From: Octopus sinensis
Taxonomy: Eukaryota
Length of the DNA stretch: 64,000 bases
Direction of reading: 5' to 3'
Assembly: GCF_006345805.1 (NCBI RefSeq)
Contig: NC_043009.1
Coordinates: 62,000,001 to 62,064,000 of the forward strand
A program made the position numbers and the translations under genes. The notes below the pieces were generated by a model, which saw nothing but the letters and a program-made list of their open reading frames with translations, ran no database searches and had not been told where the DNA came from. Shown here one piece after another: positions 48,566 through 62,861 of the stretch. Numbering within the stretch: position 1 is the first letter of the stretch; every line of letters starts with the position of its first letter.

Positions 48566-49261
48566 CTTTAAATGAAAGACAGACGGGTAGATAATTAGCG
48601 AGAAACTTCAAAAGGGTTAGAGAAAGAAACCAAGAAAAAAACTTTTATCTTCATGGAATATTGTTTGGTTCTGCGAAGAAGAATAAATATAATACAGGGG
48701 AGTAGATTCTCATTACATTTACTCTTACTCTTTTACTTGTTTCAGTTATTTGACTGCGGCCATGCTGGAGCACCGCCTTTAGTCGAGCAAATCGACCCCG
48801 GGACTTATTCTATCGGTCTCTTTTTGCCGAACCGCTAAGTGACGGGGACGTAAACACACCAGCATCAGTTGTCAAGCAATGCTAGGGGTACAAACACAGA
48901 TACACAAACACATACATACATATACATATATACGACAGGCTTCTTTCAGTTTCCGTCTACCAAATCCACTCACAAGGCATTGGTCCGCCCGGGGCTATAG
49001 CAGAAGACACTTGCCCAAGATGCCACGCAGTGGGACTGAACCCGGAACCATGTGGTTGGTTAGCAAGCGACTTACCACACAGCCACTCCTTGTAGTAAAA
49101 GGTTTCACATCACATATTAAATCAATCAGTTTCACCTAATTAGATATAAGGAGTGTGTCACGTGATAGGTCAGGTCATATAAGAATATCATAAACAATAC
49201 CAATACATCAAAGAGCAAAACAAGAAAACAAAGAGAATGTGCGATTTGAGCTGTACGTTAC

Positions 49262-49517
49262 CTCAGCTTCATCATCTAAATCTTTCATTGAACTTCCTCT
49301 TGTAGAATAACTTTTCTCTCTCTTCATCTTACCACTAATTGGTGGTCTCCCTAGAGAAGGTGAGGGTTCTGAAACACTCGTAACTGTTGGTTGGGTTACC
49401 AAGGGTATAGAAAAGAAACTGGATGCTGTTGTTGTTGTTGTTATTTTTGCTGATGATGCTGATGCTGTTGATATTGAAGCTGTTGCTGTAGCTGCTACTG
49501 TTGTTGTTGTTTTCTCA
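49262..49517 (-). CDS. NUP153: NUP153 exon
   Basis: Thr/Ser-rich, then SGKMKREK (vertebrate GGKMRRER); TTGCAG/GTAACG, phase 2-0. Confidence 0.88.
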
Positions 49518-51243
49518 CTGCAAGGTAAGATGCTGGATTTAACTCCCAAGAAACTTTCAGATCACAAAATAAAACAGAAAACTTAAAGGAATACTACACA
49601 AACCAAAATGGTCAAAATAGAGGAGGATAAGGTAAGGCAGGTCAATACCACTTCTACCGTACTCTTGCCACCACTCACCACATTCAGCTTCAAATATTGG
49701 AATGACCAATACTGAGAGGAAATCCTTTCCAGCTGGATACCAATATTAGGGGTGTGTATATAGAGACACAATACAAACATTTGAGTTTCCAAAGTTGAGG
49801 GGGGGAAAAAAAAGTCAGTGAAATGTTCAAGAACTGATTTCCTTAAATAGGGATGAGCAATGGATCTTGAAAGAAGAGGAATATATGACATATGAACCCT
49901 GAACCAACAGGAATATATAAAACATATGAACCAAGATACAACTGGAATGAAAACAACTAGAATATAAACAGAATATATACATATATATAGAAGACATGAT
50001 CTCAGAAACAAATGTACACATGAGGCCAATAATTTTATTAGGAGGAGACAGTCGATTATATCAACTTCCAGTACTTGACTGCTACTTTATCTTATCAATC
50101 ATGAAAGGAGAAAGTTAATTTTGATGAGGGTGGAAAGATAAGTGAGTCCAAAAACAACAGGAGTATATAACATATAAACCCTGATGTAACACACTGTAAA
50201 GATACAATTTTTTTATAATTAGCATCTGATTATTAAAGGAAATTACCAAAAAATGTAAACTGTCATAACAGGGAGAGGAGGAGAGTGGATAGAAAGAAGT
50301 CTCGGTTAAGATGTTTCTAATGCCAAAGCGAAATGTATAATAAGAGTTCATATAATATCCAAAAACAGGATACCTTACCCTACAACCAGAGTGCCACATA
50401 AAACGCACACCATATACACTGTAAAGTGGTTGGCTTTAGGAAAGGCATCTGCCTGTAGAAACCAAGCCAAAATAGACTATGGAACCTGCCGTGGCTCCTG
50501 GCCTTGTGATGAGTGCCTGTGAAGCTGTCCAACCCATCATGGCATGGAAAATGGACGTTGAATAATGACAATGACGATAAGTTTACTGTACAGGACTGGT
50601 TTTATAGGAAATAAATAAAATGGAAGTGATGATGATGATGACAGCTTATATGATCTAAAATAATTACATAGTTCCAGATAAGAGTAATAAAGACATTGAA
50701 AATATTTGTCTACCATACAGTAATCATACAAGATCACCACAAGCCAACTACCACAGGACCACTGTATAGTAACTGTACTATCACAACACAAACTACTTAG
50801 TCATTGTACTACCACAAGACGATGGCAGATAAGCCTACAACTGCATATCTATAAGATAAAGATCCTACCGTCAAAATCATTGCTTTAACTTCCACTTTTC
50901 CAGATTGATTAAGTTCAGCAGAATTCTAACCCAAGCCCTTCCTGTTACAATCATAACCCTTTTTTTTTTTAAAGCAAGATAATATTTTGTCATGGCATGA
51001 CATCTTTTAATGGAAATTGTAAGCAAAAGACACTGCTTGTATGACAGTGAGGCTACACATCCGTATCCACTCATAAAGTTCTGGTCGGCCTGGAGCTCTA
51101 GTAGAAGACATTCACCCAAGGTGCTGTGCAGTGGGACAGGATCCAAAACTACATAGTGGGGAAGCAAAAACTTCTTAACCCACAGAGCCATATCAGCACC
51201 ATAGAGCATAACAGGATGAATAAGACACAAAGCAGCTACTTAC

Positions 51244-51320
51244 ACTGAGACAGACTGTGGGGTTGTCGCAAAGACTCTAGCCGATTCTTCAGAAGTATCT
51301 TTCCCTGTGTAGCTGCTTAC
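51244..51320 (-). CDS. NUP153: NUP153 exon (77 nt)
   Basis: VSSYTGKDTSEESARVFATTPQSVS; TTTTTCAG/GTAAGT; phase 0-2 is exactly what is needed to join 54141 to 49517. Confidence 0.83.
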
Positions 51321-54140
51321 CTGAAAAATCAAAGCAAAAATTAGTTCATCAATGTATATAAGTCTTATATAGATTGAAATATTTAGCACTTTCATTTGAA
51401 ACTACCCATTTCAATGAGAACACCTATGCAAATCTCCTTATGATTATGGTAACAAGTGAATTCACTAAATAATCATTTGCTTCACAACATTCAACTGAGT
51501 TAAATGCGAAATCTGTTTTCAAAATTTTTCTGAAAATCATATTTTCTTTCAACTTTTTACTTATACTAGCAGTATCGCCTGGCGTTGCTCGGGTTTGTTT
51601 TGACCCTTTAGAATTGGAATTTTTGAAAAGTAAAAATTTTGCATTATGTAGCTTGTTATTCTCTTTAAGTGAACATTTTTCCAGTTGAAATACACCGAAA
51701 AATGGCAACACAGCAGTAAAAAAATCATAAAAAATAGGGATTTTCATAGAAAAAAAAGTATCTTTTTGATGTAAATAATTTTTGGTGTTAACATGGTACG
51801 ATTTGAATTTTTATCTTCTACAGAAGAGCAAGCCGCCTTCTATCATATTCTTGATTTTGGTCAACTTGCGCTGCAGGGTCTTGGAGGAGATAGTGTTAGT
51901 TGAAGGCTACCAAACCTGCCATACACAGACAACTTCAGCTTTATATATATAGAGAGTTATGTTAATCATGGCCACTGCCAATGACACAAAAAAGGCACCT
52001 GTGCTGTGATGCATAAATGGAACCAGTGCCGGTGACATGTAAAAGACACTCAGCACACTCTATGGAGTGGTTGGCATTAGGAAGGGCATCCAGCTATAGA
52101 AACCAAACCAAAACAGACTGGAGCCTGGTACAGCTCTCCAGTTTACCAGTTCCAGTCAAACTGTCAAACCATTGCCTGCATGAAAAACGGACACTAAATG
52201 ATGATGATGATGGTAATTAGATATATTTATTATATTTTCTGTAAAAAAAAAAATCGGATTCACATTCAGTTGTTGTAACTTTGAATTTAAAAGATTTTCA
52301 AACGAAAGGGCAGCAGGAGCAAATGTAAAATGCAACCACCACAACTATGCTTGTTATAAAATTATATCAATTTCTGACAGTGATAGCAGTAACTCCAACA
52401 ATAAATTCATAGAAGAAACAGAAGGAAGTGTAAATTTTAGGAAAAAAACACATCTGTATGAAATTTTTCAGAAGAGACCAGACAAAAACAATCTTTCTGA
52501 TGATTGAAAAGGTCTCAACTATTGAAGAAAAAAAAAAAAAAACCACTAATTTTTTTTCTGGTTGAAATATTCTAGAAAATAACTGCATAAGCAAACCATT
52601 ATGCAAAATGTAAACAAAGACACATTGCAGTCTTGTATTGCGCTTGAAGTCATGCATTTTTTCTTTTGTATAAATATTATAATTATTATCAGGAAGCTGT
52701 TTAGGATTACAAACTGCTGGAGGGCTGATAAACACCCTGGCACCTATCAGGTTTCCAGTATAAACATTACAATGGGTATTAGGAAGCTGCTTAACATTAC
52801 TAAAAGTGCAGATGAACCCTTTGACATCTGATTACGTATCAAGTAAAATTATAATGTGCTTTTTGAAAGTGTGCCAGTGTTTTCATTTGAGATACTAGCA
52901 GTGTACCACCAGTACATGAAGGACAACAACCTGACCCTTTATTTTAAATAATATCTCTCTTTGACTTCAACCCAAAAGGAGATTGCCTGCAGGTCACAAT
53001 GGCTGGATGCATTTCTGACAATACACACATGGAGAAAACTCACAAAACGGGAGAATTTAAGTGTGAAAGATTTGCAAGGCATGTCCTAGGTACTGCTTTA
53101 GCTTTTAATTCTTTTTTTTTCATAGGAAGGGAGAAAAATTTAGGTATACAAATCAGCATGGCCTAGGTACAATGTGGAGTGGAAAATATTACTTGTATAC
53201 TATAACAAAGGTCATATATTAATTTTTTTGACTGATTTTTTTTCCCAGTTGATTTAAACTTGTGGTGAATGCAGAAACAATGGCAGCACATATATGTGCC
53301 ACAGTGAGTGCAAAAAGAAAAGGTGTTGGATATATATATATATATAAAGCATATTTGCCATCTAAATATGGCTAACCACTAAGGGTGGATGTTACTGTAG
53401 CTTGTAGCCCCAGGAGAACATCTTCTCCAGCTGGCTATTGACACACTTTCTGTGCCCTATCGGTATTTGCAAAGGGAAGCCATCCTTCCCATCGTCGACC
53501 TACGTGATCCGCACGGACCCGGGTTTCTGGGTATTTGCCCATCATCAGCGCACAACAATCACTGGTCTTCGATGCAAAAGGGGTCCCAATGCAAATACAT
53601 ATATCCCTTTTCCAGTGACTTTTTGTCATTATCAAGCTGGATTTTGGAACAAAGATTTTGGTGGAAAGATTTGATTTAGATCACTTCAAAACAGAATTTG
53701 TAACATAGAAACAAGGGTGGTTTCAGGTGGGTTAATATCAAAAGGGTTAAATAACTGAGGTAGTATTTCCAATAATGGAAACATCATGTTTTTGGTCTTT
53801 CATAAAATGGTTGACAGCAGTAATTCCAACAGACATGTATGTGCCAGCTGCTCACAATTTAATACTACTATCAAAGGAAAATGAACATCATAAATTACAC
53901 AGTGGCTAGCTTGGGCAGTAAATTATAACTGGAGTTCTATAATATCATCTCAAATATGCTGATGCACTTGACTGGAGAGGTAGAGGAAAAAAAAAAAAGT
54001 AACGTTCTCAAGTATAATATATACCCCTAATATTTAGGTTTAAAAGCTGAAAAAAAAAGTGTACATTATACAGGCATAGCTACAGCACTTCCTTTTCAAA
54101 TTTATTTTGGCAATGAATTGAAAAAAGGAAAGATTCTAAC

Positions 54141-54284
54141 TTTGTTAATATGTTCCGTTTGCTTCTGGGTGTTTTCTATAGTTGGAGAGCTCTTGAAAGC
54201 GCTATATACTGACTGCCTGTTTTTGGCTATGATAGCTTTTGATGGGGAATTTAACATAACTGTTGGTGGACCTCTCGGTGGTAG
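54141..54284 (-). CDS. NUP153: NUP153 exon
   Basis: LPPRGPPTVMLNSPSKAIIAKNRQ...; TTCCAG/GTTAGA, phase 0-0. Confidence 0.84.
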
Positions 54285-54882
54285 CTGGAAAAAAAATAAA
54301 CAGATATAATTCTACAAAACAGAATACTGTTGTAGTGATATCAGGCATTAATATCAAAATACTTTTAAAATATTCACAACTATCTAAGTTGGTTAAAAAT
54401 CAAGGCAATCAATTTTTTAAAATCTTCTACAGCTCAGATACAACTCCCACTCTACAGTTACGGTCAGACATTCAGTTATATACAAAAAAGAAAAAAAACT
54501 AAATGGAGCCTCAGTTGGTTTTGACAACTAGTATTTCAGTTGTCCCATCGAACCAAACTATTTACTTATTGGATTAGAGTAGAGATGTTGTTGATACTAT
54601 CAAACGGGCCTACGGTCAGAGATTTTCCAACCCTGATCACCTTGTCTTTTAGTTACTGTACCTGATAACATTATCTAACATTATCCTTTTAAGATGGGAG
54701 GATGTGATTTGAAAGCAATTCAGCTGCTATTTCTAGCAGGTCTAGCAATTACACAGAGGCTCTTTCATTGGTTTTTAAGAGAAAGCGATCTGCAATAAGA
54801 TAACATTTTTCTCACACTACTACCTCCATAATTAATTCCTTATTTAATACAAAGCTATTTCCTAACAAAGAATTTTGCTTAC

Positions 54883-54951
54883 CTTTTCAGAATCGCTACT
54901 AAAAGTTGAAACTGCAACAGATGGTCTACTGCGTCGTTTAAAATTGGATGG
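54883..54951 (-). CDS. NUP153: NUP153 exon
   Basis: PSNFKRRSRPSVAVSTFSSDSEK; GGCAG/GTAAGC, phase 0-0. Confidence 0.8.
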
Positions 54952-55449
54952 CTGCCAAATAGAAACGTGTACCACATGTTATTGTATATAATCACTTAAG
55001 TCTTAGTCTAAATTTTGGCACCTCTTCACATGACCACCACCCACTGCCAGACGAAAGCATTAATCCAAATCTGAAAATACTGCATACTTTGATGGTTACA
55101 GTGCAAATTGTTTAATTTACACACTGTTTTACAATTGCTTGCTTAGTTTTCATAATGAAGACAAGAAATTTTTCAATGACAATTTGGACCCTCACAAACT
55201 AGGAATATCCAGGTGAGAGCAGGAATGTAGGTGGAACATTATAGTGTGGGAATATTTAACCCCATGACAACAGTTTTATCAGGCGACTAGGTTGCACTGA
55301 CAGTAATTATCTCAGCAGAGATCAACAATTAGCACATGACAACAGTTTGGTGTATATTTACACCAACCACTTTAAAGCATGCAGTGTCATCACTAGGCAG
55401 AACGCTCTTGCGGTATCACTGTGGAAATAAGATCACTCAACAGACAAAG

Positions 55450-56560
55450 TCAAATAAATAGCGCATATTGACTTAACAAAACACCAAAATTTAACTTTGA
55501 TATGGTAAATCTAAAAACAGGGTGTAATGCATAATGAAATGACAGTATGTGCATATATATCATGTCTCCTTGCAGCAACTGTGCACTGCGCACACAGCAC
55601 ATAATCTTGGCGTGTTCTTTTTTCAGGTGGCAGAACTGAAGTGAGGGAATGCGCAAGCCCCTTGATTCGGCATGGTGAAGGGCTGCTGTGTGGATGCCCT
55701 CATGATTGGTATGGTGGGAAATCCGAAACTTTTACTGTCTTTCAAAAGCAACTCACAAAAAGTTAGCACACCTCCCACAACACTAAGCATCTGCCATATC
55801 AAAAACTAATTTACTGGTGTCATGTCTATCACGTATGAGAAAAAAGTTTCTTTATACTATTTCGTGAATTTGTGCACTAGTTTGTGTTGACACCAGTTGA
55901 TTGGAATGACCAACATTGCCCATCGCCCAACCCTACGCCAACACCACTTGGTTTCAATACTGCATTTCCAGCCCTGCCTCGTTTGCCAGCAGAATCCCTG
56001 GTTAACAGCAAACAAACATTTCTCTTGTCTATCCACCCAATGTCATAATTCCACTATTGATGGAGCAGTACAGTTTCTCCTTTGCAAAGTCTCCTAGTGT
56101 GATGTCCGGGTAGCACAATATATTTTAAGGTGTGCACAGTCCCACAGATGTTCGTTTTCCTCGCCTGCAGCTGAAGAAATAGATTGGAACTGGAGAACCA
56201 GTTGTCCATGCAAATGTCTTATCCTTTGTCCAACAATGCATTATCGAGTGACAAAACATTTGTGGATGCTGGAATGTCCAATTTTCTTCCCCAATGTACA
56301 TCCTATAGTTCCAAGTATAGCCATAGGCTGCACCAGACAACTGACACATAAAATTTTATCCTGGGGCGAATTTCAGCTGTCTCTTGAGTTTCCACAGACT
56401 TTCATCAGTGGAAATGTCTTGCTTGGGTATATAAACAGTTTTGATATTTTCTATTTCGTCAATGATGGGATAAATTTTATGAAGCCTGCCCTTGGTGTTG
56501 TCACCAGAGTTGAATTGAAGGTTTTTTTTAGCAGTGCTTAAAACCGATCATGCGGCATCA
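55450..56560 (-). mobile_element. Decayed piggyBac transposase core (second remnant about 52400-52830 +)
   Basis: KIYPIIDEI...YIPKQDISTDESLWK, GYTWNYRMYIG and CMDNWFSS..LFLQL..ICGTV motifs with stops and frameshifts. Confidence 0.8.
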
Positions 56561-57506
56561 TCTCTACAAGAAAAGGCGCTACAGTTGCAAGATCCCAGCT
56601 CCAGCACAATACAGTTTCTGTGCAGGTGCTACATATAAAGCACCCAGTACACTCTGCAAAGTGGTCGACATTAGAAAGGGTATCCAGCTGTAGAAACCAC
56701 ACCAAAACAGACAATTGGAGTCTGGCCAGCTCCTGTCAAACCGTCCAACCCATGCCAGCATGGAAAATGGACGCTAAATGATGGTGAAGATATAAATCCG
56801 TAAATATAGTAGGGGAGACCAGCTGAGCGCATTTATGCAGAGGGATGAACCACAAACCATGTAGTACTGAAGCAAACTTCAAAACCACTGAGGGATGCCT
56901 GTGTCTATTGTAGATAGTTCACACCTGATGACAATATTGTGTCTAACATATATGGCATAACCAGGGAAATTCAGCCACACAGACAATATGATAAGGCCAA
57001 GCCTCTGAAATATCGATACTATTCATTTTTGGCAGCTGAGTGGACTGCAGCAATGTGAAATAAAGTGTCTTGCTCAAGGACATAATGTGCTGCCAGGAAT
57101 TGAACTCATGACATTACAATCATGAGCCAAATATCCCTAACCACTAAGCCATATGTTTTCACTTATGGGAGATTCCATATAAATCACATAAATTGGAAGT
57201 CCGGAGGCAAGTCTTGTGGATGTTTATCAATGGAAGATGAAGGGAAAGATATTTCCTGTTTGTACAATGACTTATTTATGCAAACATATAATGACAACAG
57301 TTATCATATGGATTTATAACTATTTTGTACAAGAGTAGCACAGCCCAAAATTTATGCAAAAATCAAACAGGTACAAATGTTAAATGAGAAATAAGAACAA
57401 CAAAACTGGGAAAAAGCAAGAATCAATGGAGTCTTTGACTGAGTAAGAAACTGTGTTTTGCTGTCTAGAGTTTGTAAGTCATTTCAGAGAATCAATTAGT
57501 TTAAAT

Positions 57507-58125
57507 CAGCATTTCTCAACCAGGGTTCTACGAGAAAGAGTGAGATAAGCTAATGCTAATCTCATGATGGTAATATTACTATACATGCACAATATAATAT
57601 TGGTTATTGTAATACAGACATTATCCTATCTAACCTATTATGTTATCAAAAAAATAGAACCATATATATATATATATATATATATATGTGGAGGCGCAAT
57701 GGCCCAGTGGTTAGGGAAGCAGACCCGCAGTTGTAGGATAGCGGTTTCGATTCCCAGACCAGGCGTTGTGAGTGTTTATTGACTGAAAACACCTAAAGCT
57801 CCACGAGGCTCCGGCAGGGGGTGGTGGTGATCCCTGCTGTACTCATTCACCACAACTTCCTCTCGCTCTTCTGTTGGCCTGCTCGCTTAGCCAGCGGTGT
57901 GGCGTCATTTGAAGGCTAAAACAATGCGAAGTGCATTGTGACCAGCGATGTATAGCAACATCTGATAGCCTGGTCGGTCACGCTGACATATATATATATA
58001 TATTTACCATGTGGACTACGATGAAAGAAATATAAGGTATGGTATATATTTTTTGTGCAGGGGTTCCTTGAGACATGTAATTTATTTTAAGAGCTACACA
58101 AGGGTAAAAAGGTTGAGAAACACTG
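57507..58125. mobile_element. hAT MITE with 8-bp TSD and nested SINE (57690-57987)
   Basis: GTTTAAAT|CAGCATTTCTCAACC ... GGTTGAGAAACACTG|GTTTAAAT. Confidence 0.82.
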
Positions 58126-58512
58126 GTTTAAATAATGCAAAAAGTTATGTCATTCGAAATTTTAAGCACTAATTCTTTGCTAGAAATAGACAATAATGGT
58201 TTAAAATTCAGTTCTTCTTACACCAAAATCATACACAACAAAAATAAATTTCAAGAGAAACTATTTAAATAAAGTAAAACCAATATATACTTTAATAAAA
58301 AGTGTTCGTATTTATATTTTAATATAAATAAGTGACAAGTGACAAAAGTAAACCATTTAATTCATAGTTAATATGATGTCCACTAATTTTATAATAATTT
58401 GTGGACGTGGTGCTTAAACCAAACCAGTTCACTTAATTGACCACAGCCCACCTTATCAATATTAAGTAGACTTTTCTGGCAGAAATAACAATAAGAAAAC
58501 GATTATACTTAC

Positions 58513-58572
58513 AGAAAACTGTAGAACTGTATCCGCCAAATTGTGATTATTCATTGGAATCTTACGAGCATC
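58513..58572 (-). CDS. NUP153: NUP153 exon
   Basis: DARKIPMNNHNLADTVLQFS (vertebrate DAKRIP); TTTCAG/GTAAGT. Confidence 0.9.
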
Positions 58573-59345
58573 CTGAAAAGTAAGAAAGTTACAAACTTTA
58601 GTTAGAGGCAGAAGACTGGTACAGCCTGTGGCATTTAACCACAGATCTTGATGTTTTGGCTTAAATCCCTACAAGGTCAACTTTACTTTTCATCCTTCTA
58701 GAGTTGATTCAGCACAAGTATCAGAGCCACTTTAATATTTCCTATAAATGAATTTATAAAAATAAAAAGTGCTATCTCAACATAAAAACATACAAGACAC
58801 ATCGTATAATGTAGTCCAAGTTGAACTATGTCATCATCATCATCATCGTTTAACGTCCGTTCTCCATGCTAGCATGGGTTGGACGGTTCGACCGGAGATC
58901 TGGGAAGCCAGAAGGCTGCACCAGGCTCCAGTCTTATCTGGCAGTGTTTCTACAGCTGGATGCCCTTCCTAACGCCAACCACTCCATGAGTGTAGTGGGT
59001 GCTTTTTACATGCCACCTGCACAAGTGCCAGGCGAGGCTGGCAACGGCCACGATTCGGATGGTGCTTTTTACGTGCCACCGACACGGAAGCCAGTCGAGG
59101 CGGCGCTGGCATCATAAACAAAAAGACAGTATTTTATTCTTTTATACGTTTCAGCTCTGAGACTGTGGCTATGCTGGGGCACTGCCAATATCCTTATAGC
59201 TGGAACAAATATTTAATGTAGACTTGCAGGATAAGGGAGGGAAGATTCAAGGCTAAACAACACACATCACAAACAAGATTATTCTACAAAATATGGTAAT
59301 GAGAATAAATACTGACAAAGTGAAGATGTACAAAAAAAAACTCAC

Positions 59346-59471
59346 TGATATAGGAGTTGCCATCATTTCTAAAATATCTGAGATCCGTTTTGCTGTAGAA
59401 CTTGTTACGGCCCCAGTACTGTTCTTATGCAGTGGTTTAGCGTTGACTTGACGCCGATATGGTGTGGCAGC
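59346..59471 (-). CDS. NUP153: NUP153 exon, conserved N-terminal domain
   Basis: RRQVNAKPL...VTSSTAKRISDILEMMATPIS (vertebrate VTSSTARRILQSLEKMSSPL); TGTAG/GTGAG. Confidence 0.94.
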
Positions 59472-59820
59472 CTACAAAGAAACAGAAACAAAATTAAGAG
59501 AGCAAACACAAACAGCTTTCACCTACATTAAAAAAAGGCATTTTATAGATGACAATTGTTAAGAGCCTGAGTAATTCCTGAGCAATAACTGTGTTGTTTC
59601 CAACTAAATCGCCAAAGAGCCATCCATTCTTTTCAAGTGTAACTCAACTGCCACTCTACACCTGTGACGTTGTAACTCATTCCCTACAGCTAAGTGAACG
59701 GGAGCAACATGAAATAAAGTGTCTTGCTCAAGAACACAACACGCAACCCAGTCCGGGATTCGAGCTCACAACCTCACGATTGTAAGCTCGATACTCTAAC
59801 CACTGAGCCATGTGCCTTCA

Positions 59821-59852
<32 letters not shown>

Positions 59853-60463
59853 TATAAGTGAAGTGACACTTGTTAGAGTCTCAGATATTTGTTCCTGACA
59901 TTATGGTTTAGAACAATGGATGAGATACTTTATGTTCTGGCTCTAGGTTTTAACCCTTTTGTTACCAACCCGGCTCTGGCTCTGTTGTACAAATGTTTTG
60001 TTTTCATAAGATTTGAATTAAAATCTTCCACCGAGCCTTAGTCACAATTTATGTTCCTAATACAAGCTTAATGATAACTAAGTTATTTTACTAAATTCTT
60101 TGTTATATTTAAAGTAATTGAAAGAAACACAGAACATCTCAAAATAAATACAGTAACGAAAGGGTTAAGCTCAAATTTTAGCAAGGCATTCAGATCCCAT
60201 TGACAGTCAGGATTACACTCCTAACTTAACAATCACAACTGAAAGCTATAAAGGGTGAGGCATTATTGACTCCTGCTGCTGCAATCAAACAATGATTATA
60301 TGCAAATATCAAACTACTGCAGCTAAGCTGGGTAAGAAGACCATTATATGCCTATTTATTTGTTGTTTCGAACCACACGCAAATATTGCAGCCATACTAA
60401 ATCTCAAAAATGCCAAGAGGTGAACAGTCGGGATTATTTAACAATGTAAAACAGGGAACTTAC

Positions 60464-60580
60464 AGAATATGGATTACTTTCTTTCAGGCGCATTTTTCTC
60501 TTAGAAGAAGCCCCACCATACTGTGTTTTACCGCCATAAAATGAAGACTCATGCTGACTATCAGAGAGCAAGGAATCTTT
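60464..60580 (-). CDS. NUP153: NUP153 exon, conserved N-terminal domain
   Basis: SSFYGGKTQYGGASS...NPY (vertebrate SPFYPGKTTYGGAAA); TTCTAG/GTAAGT. Confidence 0.94.
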
Positions 60581-60688
60581 CTAGAAAACACAAACATAGA
60601 CACATTAAAGAAAGCCAACAACAATGTAGTATGTGAGGTTATACTATAAATCGATGATGATGATGATAATAATAATACAGTAACTTAC

Positions 60689-60804
60689 CAAGAAGGGAGA
60701 GACAAGCAGAGAAGGTTCAAATCTAGGCTTTGTCCGAAAAGAGTCACTTTCATTCTTTTTAATATAGGATATATTGCTCCACACTTTAGAACTTTCACAA
60801 TCAC
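60689..60804 (-). CDS. NUP153: NUP153 exon
   Basis: DCESSKVWSNISYIKKNESDSFRTKPRFEPSLLVSPFL; TACAG/GTAAGT, phase 1-0. Confidence 0.86.
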
Positions 60805-61599
60805 CTGTAGAGAGAGAAAGAAATTATACTAAATATTATGATTTCCCATGTTAGAAATCTTTTAGAGTTATGAAGGACATTATAACAATGAGTAAAACTG
60901 TAGATTTGTAACTGGTGAGCACTTACAAACCCAGTAGATTACTGGTACATAGGATGTGGATTAATATTCATTATCTTAAGAAAAAAGAAAAAAAATTACT
61001 AAAATGCCTTATAAATAAAAATCAAGATGAACTAATTGGTCTTTAAATTATGAACATTAAAAAAAATTCAGGGTATTATAGGTAACATACACCTTCTTCC
61101 TGACTTACAACCGAGTTCCATTCTGATCGATAGGTCATAAGACAAATTTATATTTTTCAACACTATTTTCATTCAAAAGGGTTATAAAAATATAAAAATT
61201 TAATCCATAATTATTGTACATAATGTGAAAAATACATATGTATGTTTTGTGGTTGTAAGTTGAGGAGGTGTATTTTTACATAGCTCACACCTAGTTGTGG
61301 AAAACCCTGGCTCTCCACCTGCCAGTGAAATTAAGAGGCAAATGGCTCTGAGCATTTCATGTCGTTCTCAGAGAGATTCAGCATGGCACACAGAGGGTGA
61401 CATTGTTGGCTCTTTGAATTACAACTTATTTTTGTGGATTGCTGTGGAAAGAAGTAGCAGGTTATAAGACATTGTTTCTTCTAATAGATCATTTTAACCA
61501 AAAGAATATTTCATTCTCTTAACATCACTGAATTAAAGCAAAGCAATGAATGCTCTCCCCCCCCCCGTTTCTTGGAATTTGCAGATATATATATATATA

Positions 61600-61762
61600 G
61601 TGAGAATTTACAAAAAAACAAAAGACGAAGACGGGTGTGTATTAGTTTAACGCTTGGGAAGTGAGAAAGTCTTTTATGTTTTGAGCCTACACTCTTCGAC
61701 AGAAAGGAACACAGAAATAAACAGGGAGAGAAAATAGAAAAAGGTTTAGTGGCTAGCAATCT
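61600..61762 (-). mobile_element. Penelope-like terminal fragment with decayed minimal hammerhead
   Basis: CUUU-CUGUCGA-A-GAGU GUAG GCUC-AAAA-CAU-A-AAAG between (TA)n tracts. Confidence 0.4.
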
Positions 61763-61852
61763 ATATATATATATATATATATATATGTGTATATGTAAAT
61801 ATATGTTTATATTTTATGTATTTCACTGATGAAAGGTTCATAGTTAACTTAC

Positions 61853-62080
61853 AGCTATCTTCAGGATCAACACTAATGCTGCCATTCCCATCATCATCAT
61901 CATTAACAGATGCTGGAGTTGATTGATAATTCATGTCTGAGCCATGCTGGGTGTCAGCAGAAGGATGTAACCGATTCTTGAGTTGTTCAATATCTGCTCC
62001 AGTGAGAGAGAGACAGTTCTGTTTATCACCTAACCGGGGGATCGTCTCTGAAATTTGGCCAGCATGAGGCAATGAACCAT
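61853..62080 (-). CDS. NUP153: NUP153 exon
   Basis: GSLPHAGQISETIPR...VNDDDDGNGSISVDPEDS; TTTCAG/GTAAGT, phase 1-1. Confidence 0.85.
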
Positions 62081-62328
62081 CTGAAACAAAATTACATTAA
62101 TTAGCAATTTCAGTAAGTTGCAGTGGTGGAAGGAGAATAACAGTTATAGCGATTAAAAACTGAGAACACAAAACCTCTTTGATAATTATGCCAATAGAAG
62201 TACATATCACATATACATACGTTAGATCTCAAGGACTACACAAGTTCCAGGAAATTAACTGACATATTAATGAATGATCAATAGATAAATAAGCAAGCCA
62301 TGATCAACTTAAAGACAAGCACACATAT

Positions 62329-62364
<36 letters not shown>

Positions 62365-62861
62365 AGGATTAGAGATTGTGTGTGTGTGTGTGTGTGTGTG
62401 TTTAAGATGTGTAATTAAATTGCGCCCAAGCCACATAAAAGTATCCATACCAGTGCCACATTCAAAGCACCTAGTACACTCTGTAAAGTGGTTGGCATTA
62501 AGAAGCAAATTCAAGCACAAAAACCATGCCAAAAAAAAAATGAATGGAACCCAGCCAACACCCCTGCTGGCAGCTCCTGTCAAATCTGTTTCTTTATTGC
62601 CCACAAGGGGCTAAACAAGGACAGACAAATGGATTAAGTCGATTACATCGATCCCAGTGCGTAACTGGTACTTAATTTATCGACCCCGAAAGGATGAAAG
62701 GCAAAGTCGACCTCGGCGGAATATGAACTCAGAACGTAACGACAGACTCAATACCGCTAAGCATTTCGCCCGGTGTGCTAACGTTTCTGCCAGCTCCTGT
62801 CAAACCATTCAACCTATCCTAGCATGGAGACCAGATGATGATGAACTATGCTTGTCCTTAC

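Noticed and set aside
57690-57762. tRNA-like sequences (also 27908, 59745-59820)
   Set aside because: They are SINE heads continuing into SINE bodies, not standalone tRNA genes
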